Origin: the human T2T-CHM13v2.0 reference genome, Homo sapiens
Assembly: GCF_009914755.1 (NCBI RefSeq)
Contig: NC_060937.1
Direction: 5' to 3' (one strand)
DNA length: 64,000 nt
This document shows positions 58,151-64,000 of the stretch, in pieces. Made by a program: the position numbers and the translations under genes. Every line of letters starts with the position of its first letter. Within the stretch, counting starts at the first letter, position 1. The notes under the pieces are model-generated. The model worked only from the letters and a program-made list of their open reading frames with translations, was not told where the DNA came from and did not search any database.

Positions 58151-61100
58151 AAGTAATACGTAGAATTATTATGTCTGAATTGAACAGGCTTGCTCTTAGT
58201 AATGTATAATGACAAGACACATACTAAGATATTTCATTGTAAAATGTTAAAAACAGTTACATCCATAGAGGTAAAAAAAATATTTAAAATGAAAATAAAA
58301 TGTCATTAGAATTCTCAAATTCAGCATTGAATTGTAGAAAATTATTGAGCAATATCTTCAAATTTCTGAGAAAAATTATTTTGGGAATTATTAAACTATT
58401 ATTAATCTCCTCTGAATGTAAACTTAAGACATTCATTGCACGAAAGAAAATAAATAAAAATTGTCCATCTTATCTCTTTTGCTAGGAAGCTACTAGTACT
58501 TTAACAACCGTGGGGAATTAATTTTTTACAGAGAGATCAAGAGAGAAAATCCTGTAGGATAAAAATGAATCCCTCATAATGAGATTCTCTGCAGAGTAAA
58601 GTAGAACCATTCTGGCAGGGAGCATGAGATGAGTATGCTGAAGAAGGCAAACCTTCTGTATTAAAAACAAGAATGGAAAAAAAATCAACAAAACAATTGG
58701 TGGGAGAGTCATGGGAAATAAGAGTATTAAGAATTGTATTTTACATTCAGAAGCTAGCAAATATTGAAAACATGAATGGACTGTGTATAATAATAGAAAT
58801 ATTATCCTTAACATTTCACTCAACACAGTTTACTTGAATTTCTATTTTGGTGATTGGCTTTATTTCTTACTAAATCTCCTTAAATTAACAGTTAAAAAGT
58901 GAGATTTGTGTGGGGTAGGGTGTTTCAAATTTTATTTGTCTTTGTCTTGAAATCATTTCTTCAGGACCAGACTTTTTTTTTTTTTAAGTTAACCTGTTAA
59001 AGCTTGAGCAAAGATAATGAATACAAAACCGTTTCTCCAAAATCAATCATATTAAATCCTAAAGAGAAGAAAGAGAAGATATTTATTTTTGATGTGGATA
59101 TACTTGCAAATATAAACTTTAACTACATACAAAGTGTTCCTAATGGGCCTTTCTTGAAAATATCCTATTCTGTATACATGGCCATGATTCATGACACATT
59201 GCAAATACTGAATAAAATGAAGAGCTTTAAATTATTTAAGTTGTATATTTGTTGCAAATGTAAACTCTCTCATCTATAAGTAATCTTATAGAAGTTTTCA
59301 ATACACCTTATTTGTATTTACAGTGGTTTGAATGGCAAAATGTAAGTGCTCAGGAAAATATAATGTAGAATTGATTTTTAAGTGGTTGTGGACATGGCTA
59401 TTCACTGTGGAATCATTCAACTGCAGATAAAACTAGAATCAAAATAGATGTACTTATTCTGGGTAAAAATGATAAGCATTTCAATAATTAGCAAAATCAG
59501 TTTCCAAACAGTTTTCATCATTTCAAATATTTCAGAAAATAATATATCTATTGGATCTTTTTGTGAGGAAGCACCATATAAATGAATGAGTTTCCAGAAG
59601 AGATAACTAATAGCATTTCTTGGGTGGAGAGTTCACTATCCATAATATGGGAGAAACTACAGACAGCCATTACCTTGCTGAAATACACTTCTCCTGTACA
59701 CCTTAGAGTCCTGTTAATAAGACATTAATTTTAGCTTGTCACTTTCAATCAGCATATTATTATTTTCCACCCTGTTTTCAACAATTCATTTTCAAAAGCA
59801 TTTTAATCACACTAGACATATATGATTTTTACAGAACCAACAAAGCTATTACCTAAGACTGAAAATCTGTTTGGGTAAACTCTTGTCAAATTTGTGTGAG
59901 TTGTTTTCTCTAATATTATTTTAATATTTTAATATTATTTTATTATTAGTGGAAAAGTAAATAAAGCAAAGTAAAAAGAAGGCCTATCATTTTATATGTA
60001 TATATATATATGTGCGAGTGTGTGTGTATACATATATAGACACTTAATTGACAAAAGCATGAAAAGTACATATAAATATAAGACATGATATACCAAACCC
60101 GTATTCTGATTCTATTCTGGAGGAACAGATTTTGGGAAATAAAGAAAAACTTCAAAGTAGTAAAATGTTTTTATTTTTAATTTCAATTTCAGTAAGTTAC
60201 AAATTATCTAACAAAAGAAATTAGAAATTTGGTGCTATGTAACAAAAACAACAAAAACTCAATTAACCACTTTCTAATATACTATAAGAATTACCAGGTG
60301 TTCAATGAATAATGGATTACTGCCTCATTGGAACTTAAACTCAATGAGCTTAGCTTACATTATCTAAATAAAGTTACTAATAAATATTTGAAAAACATGC
60401 ATTGAAAAAAATTTATTTTCATAAAGCAATTCAACCTGGCACCTGAAAAAAGATAAAATGAAATATACATTTATTTATACATACAAAACAATAAAATAAA
60501 AAACAATGCAGTCTCTTATTTTTTAAAAAACGCTATTGCACATTTAAAATATTTAGTTTACATTTTAACAGGGTTTTTCTGCTAAAATGCATTATAGTCA
60601 TAACTACAAAAAAGATTCATTAAGGGCTGAGTTTTGCAGTAAAAAATATTGTTTTTTGTAAAATATCTAAGAGCTTTCCTATAAATAAAAAACTTCCCTA
60701 TTCTTTGAAAAAAAAAACTGATCTTAAATTTATGTTTATTTAGAAATATATTCATTACATACTAGAAGACATGATTCTTTTGTTTTGTTTTTTTTGTTGT
60801 TGTTTAATTTTCTTTTTGACATGGCACTTCAGGAAGAAGAGATATTTTTGACCTGCATTCTTTCTACCACAATTCCACATGGCATCATATTATGGAAATA
60901 AAATACTTTTTTTTTTCAGAAAGCTATTATGGTGTTGATATCCATATCAAAGCTTGCTTCCCTAATTTTCTTTTCCCGATAAGACTCAGACTTATTTTTG
61001 ATAAAGCATGCTGACCAAATACTGAGACTATAATAGGACCATATTATCTCAGTCATCGGGAAGGAAAAATCCTTTCAGAAGTATAATGAGACAGTATTTC

Positions 61101-61963
61101 TTATTTCCTGTCTAGCTCCATTTTTAAAGAAACTTGTTCTCACTGTATTGTTACAATATAAAGCTTTATGATGTAAAATTTTGCACTGAACCCTCTAGGT
61201 CTGTAAAATATCTTCTATTGTAAGACTCCAACATCTATAGAAATATGGATAGTTAAAAGCTATGTCTATTAACTTTAAATGACACAATTGCATCTTTTTT
61301 TAACATATCAACAATGGTAAACAAATGCAAATAGGCAGAATATGCCTATTTTATATAAACTGAAATATATCTAAAAACTATTCTAACTAAACTTAATCCT
61401 CTAGTTATACTCAAGCATACAGAATAAATATACCCTTTAATGAAGTGGCTATTAAAAACTGGATGTAGGATGTCATCATCTTATTATAAGTGATTTCAGT
61501 ACTGCTCATCCATTAGCAGCTTTCACTGGGTTTATATCACACATTTCCATGGGGCTAAGACCCTTCTGAAAGCATGATGAAAAAGAAGGCATGCTTTGCC
61601 TGCCCCTTTCTATGTGTATCATTTTAAATTCATCACAGTAGCCATGCCTGCTGCACTTGAGATTTTAGAACTTGTTTTGCACACAGTGCAAGCAGAGTAC
61701 AACAAGCAGCCTATAATAATAATATATAAAGAAAGCAGAAGTGGCAGTAGTTTTTACTAAAACTGAATGTCTTTTAGTCCAAAGAGTGTCTAGTTGAAGA
61801 ACACAAACTTGGGAAAAACTGACTTTTCTGAGTTACAGGATAGCCCTACATGAAACTGTAATTTAAGTAAACATTTTCCACTGCACATTGTTCTGAAAGC
61901 TTAGAGGTGGGAAAAATGAATTTTCATATATTTGGCCAGGTAGATTTCAATGTTGCGTGGAAA

Positions 61964-62011
61964 TACCCTATGAAATATATACTAATTTACCCTATGAAAT
62001 ATATACTAATT
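61964..62011. repeat. Perfect 24-bp tandem duplication
   Basis: taccctatgaaatatatactaatt occurs twice. Confidence 0.97.
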
Positions 62012-63032
62012 TGTTTGACTTTTTGAATAGAGTTTTCCATAACTTAATTTCTCTGTTTGTAATAAACACACATTTTTTACCTTTCAAAGTGCCAGCCATT
62101 TTGTGAAAAGTGCATTCAACATTGGTGTGATCTCACATGTGAATGATCCTTTTTCATGCCTAAGCCCCAACATACAACCATAAATTCAGTACAACTGTAA
62201 TGTAACCAGATTTTACCAGAATCCACCCCCCAACAGATTAAGCTTCCACAAAAAAATCTGAGTATTACAAATTCAGGTATTTTCCCCAGTATTTCATTAT
62301 TGCTTTCTAATGGAGTATTAATTTAATAATTTTTTATTGAGATGAATCAAATTTTAATTACATTCAAAGAATTACCATTCAAAATCAAGGTGTGTGTGGT
62401 GTATATATATGTGTGTAATTTATGGTAGCAGTATCACCAATTTTTAATAGGACGCTGGAAGTGAAATTTTACACTTTGTACTTTTTTTTCTTCTACAGTT
62501 CTTTTGCAGCAAGATGTGTTTATCCATTTATCTATATATCAATGCCATAGCTGTTATCTAAGGACTATGTACAAATAAAACGAGATTTGAATACAAAATG
62601 CAATATCTGATAGCTGCAGTCTTTTCAGTAAATTTTACTTTACTAATTAACACAAAACATGACTTTTTAATTTAATAATTTATTAATCCCTTTATTTGGT
62701 TAAAAAATGTATTGAATGTCTATGTATAACTAAACACTATTATTTTGTTTTAATTATTTCTAAACATCATAAAACGGCTATTTAGTGGTTGATATGGCTT
62801 ATTTTTGTAAATCCACGTTGTGCATTATGTGCTGAGATTCACCCTTTGTTGTTATCTATAACTATAGACAGAAACAGTTTAACCTTAAAACTTAATGAAG
62901 AGTCATGTCTTTCCATGTATGGGATTTATCCAGGGACCAGGAAAATGGCCTCAAGGATATTGTGTTTTCAAATTTGTGTTTTTATTTTATCTTTAAAAAG
63001 GCCCCAAATATTCTACAATATTCAAATCTCAA

Positions 63033-63121
63033 TATCTGTCTATTTATCTATCTATCTATCTATCCATCTATCTATCTATCTAATCTATCTCCCTCCCTTC
63101 CTATCATATATTTATCTATCT
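63033..63121. repeat. Imperfect (CTAT)n tetranucleotide repeat
   Basis: Directly visible. Confidence 0.9.
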
Positions 63122-63159
63122 CCAGGGTTGGTTCTAGTAGTTTTATGTCATGTGATTGT

Positions 63160-63500
63160 ATAATAATCATTGTACATATGTTACAACATTTATTTTCCAT
63201 GTTTTCCTGGATGACTCTTTATTCTTTTATTTTTCTTTTTTTAAACGGTACTAGGATGTACATTCTCCCACATGTCTCTCCAACACATGGACCAGGGTTT
63301 CTCTTTTATTTCTGCTTAGAAGTTGAACTAATGAGTCACAAACTATGTGAATTGTATATTCAATGTTACATGGAGATGCTTTTTTTTCCCTAGAGAAGTT
63401 ATATCAGTTTGAATATCCAGTAGAAATGTGTAAGAGAACCCTACTGACTCTTGAAAATTGGGTATGGCAAACTCATTAACTTTTGTAATTTTATCACATG
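63160..63500 (-). mobile_element. Decayed L1ME-type fragment
   Basis: cttagaagttgaactaatgagtcac and ttatatcagtttgaatatccagtagaaatgtgtaagag resemble antisense L1 ORF2 3' sequence. Confidence 0.45.
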
Positions 63501-64000
63501 AAATTCCATAGACAGAAATTTGTTTTATATAAAAATGCAACAATGTATATTAATTTTGAGAAACAATTGAATACAGTAAGTATAATATTGTCTATATATG
63601 TAAAATCCATTAAAACATGTTTGTTCTTCTATATATGCTTTCTATGGGTATTATCATATGAAATTGTTTGGTAGCAGTTATTGGCCTTAAAATTCAGATT
63701 CTTCTGAAAAGTATGCTTTTGAAAAATATGTTACTAACAGTATAATTTGCTTTGTCTACATTGACTCAAGTTTATAAGAATATATTCATGTATTTGCATA
63801 TAAACATTTTAAAAAGAAAAATAAGTGTAATTCAGCTTAATAGTTTGTTATTAATATATAGTATATAATCAGATTTAATAGTTTTATAAAATTTTAACCC
63901 ATTCATGTTACAGGCAGAAAAATAGAGCTATTAAAATAATGAGATCTGCAACTTTGCCTTATTATCTTCCAACAAAATTTGGTTTTATAGGATTCATTCA

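Noticed and set aside
62789-63393. 124-aa and 162-aa ORFs
   Set aside because: They are held open by the (CTAT)n repeat and run into decayed L1 sequence.

Overview
This is AT-rich, repeat-dense human genomic DNA; the species call rests on a human-specific L1HS-Ta insertion. It looks like a gene desert or the interior of a large intron. No host protein-coding exon or RNA gene can be supported. The ORFs I can explain come from L1, Alu, MaLR/ERV or simple-repeat sequence, and the remaining short ORFs look like chance. The main contents are: a full-length decayed L1PB1-type element (about 4.7-12.1 kb) carrying two nested Alus; a complete THE1D-type MaLR provirus; a 5'-truncated L1HS Ta-1; an L1PA3-5 3' end; a twin-primed (5'-inverted) L1MA; an internally deleted HERV-S/HERVL18-like relic; solo LTRs; ten Alus; and older L1M/L2/MIR/hAT fragments. 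I found no convincing novel biological system. The least explained signal is a 63-bp-arm inverted repeat with 61/63 matches at 4224-4489, which I cannot assign to any element. It lies next to candidate splice sites and between a solo LTR and the L1 5'UTR. Subfamily names come from recalled consensus sequences, not from a database search.
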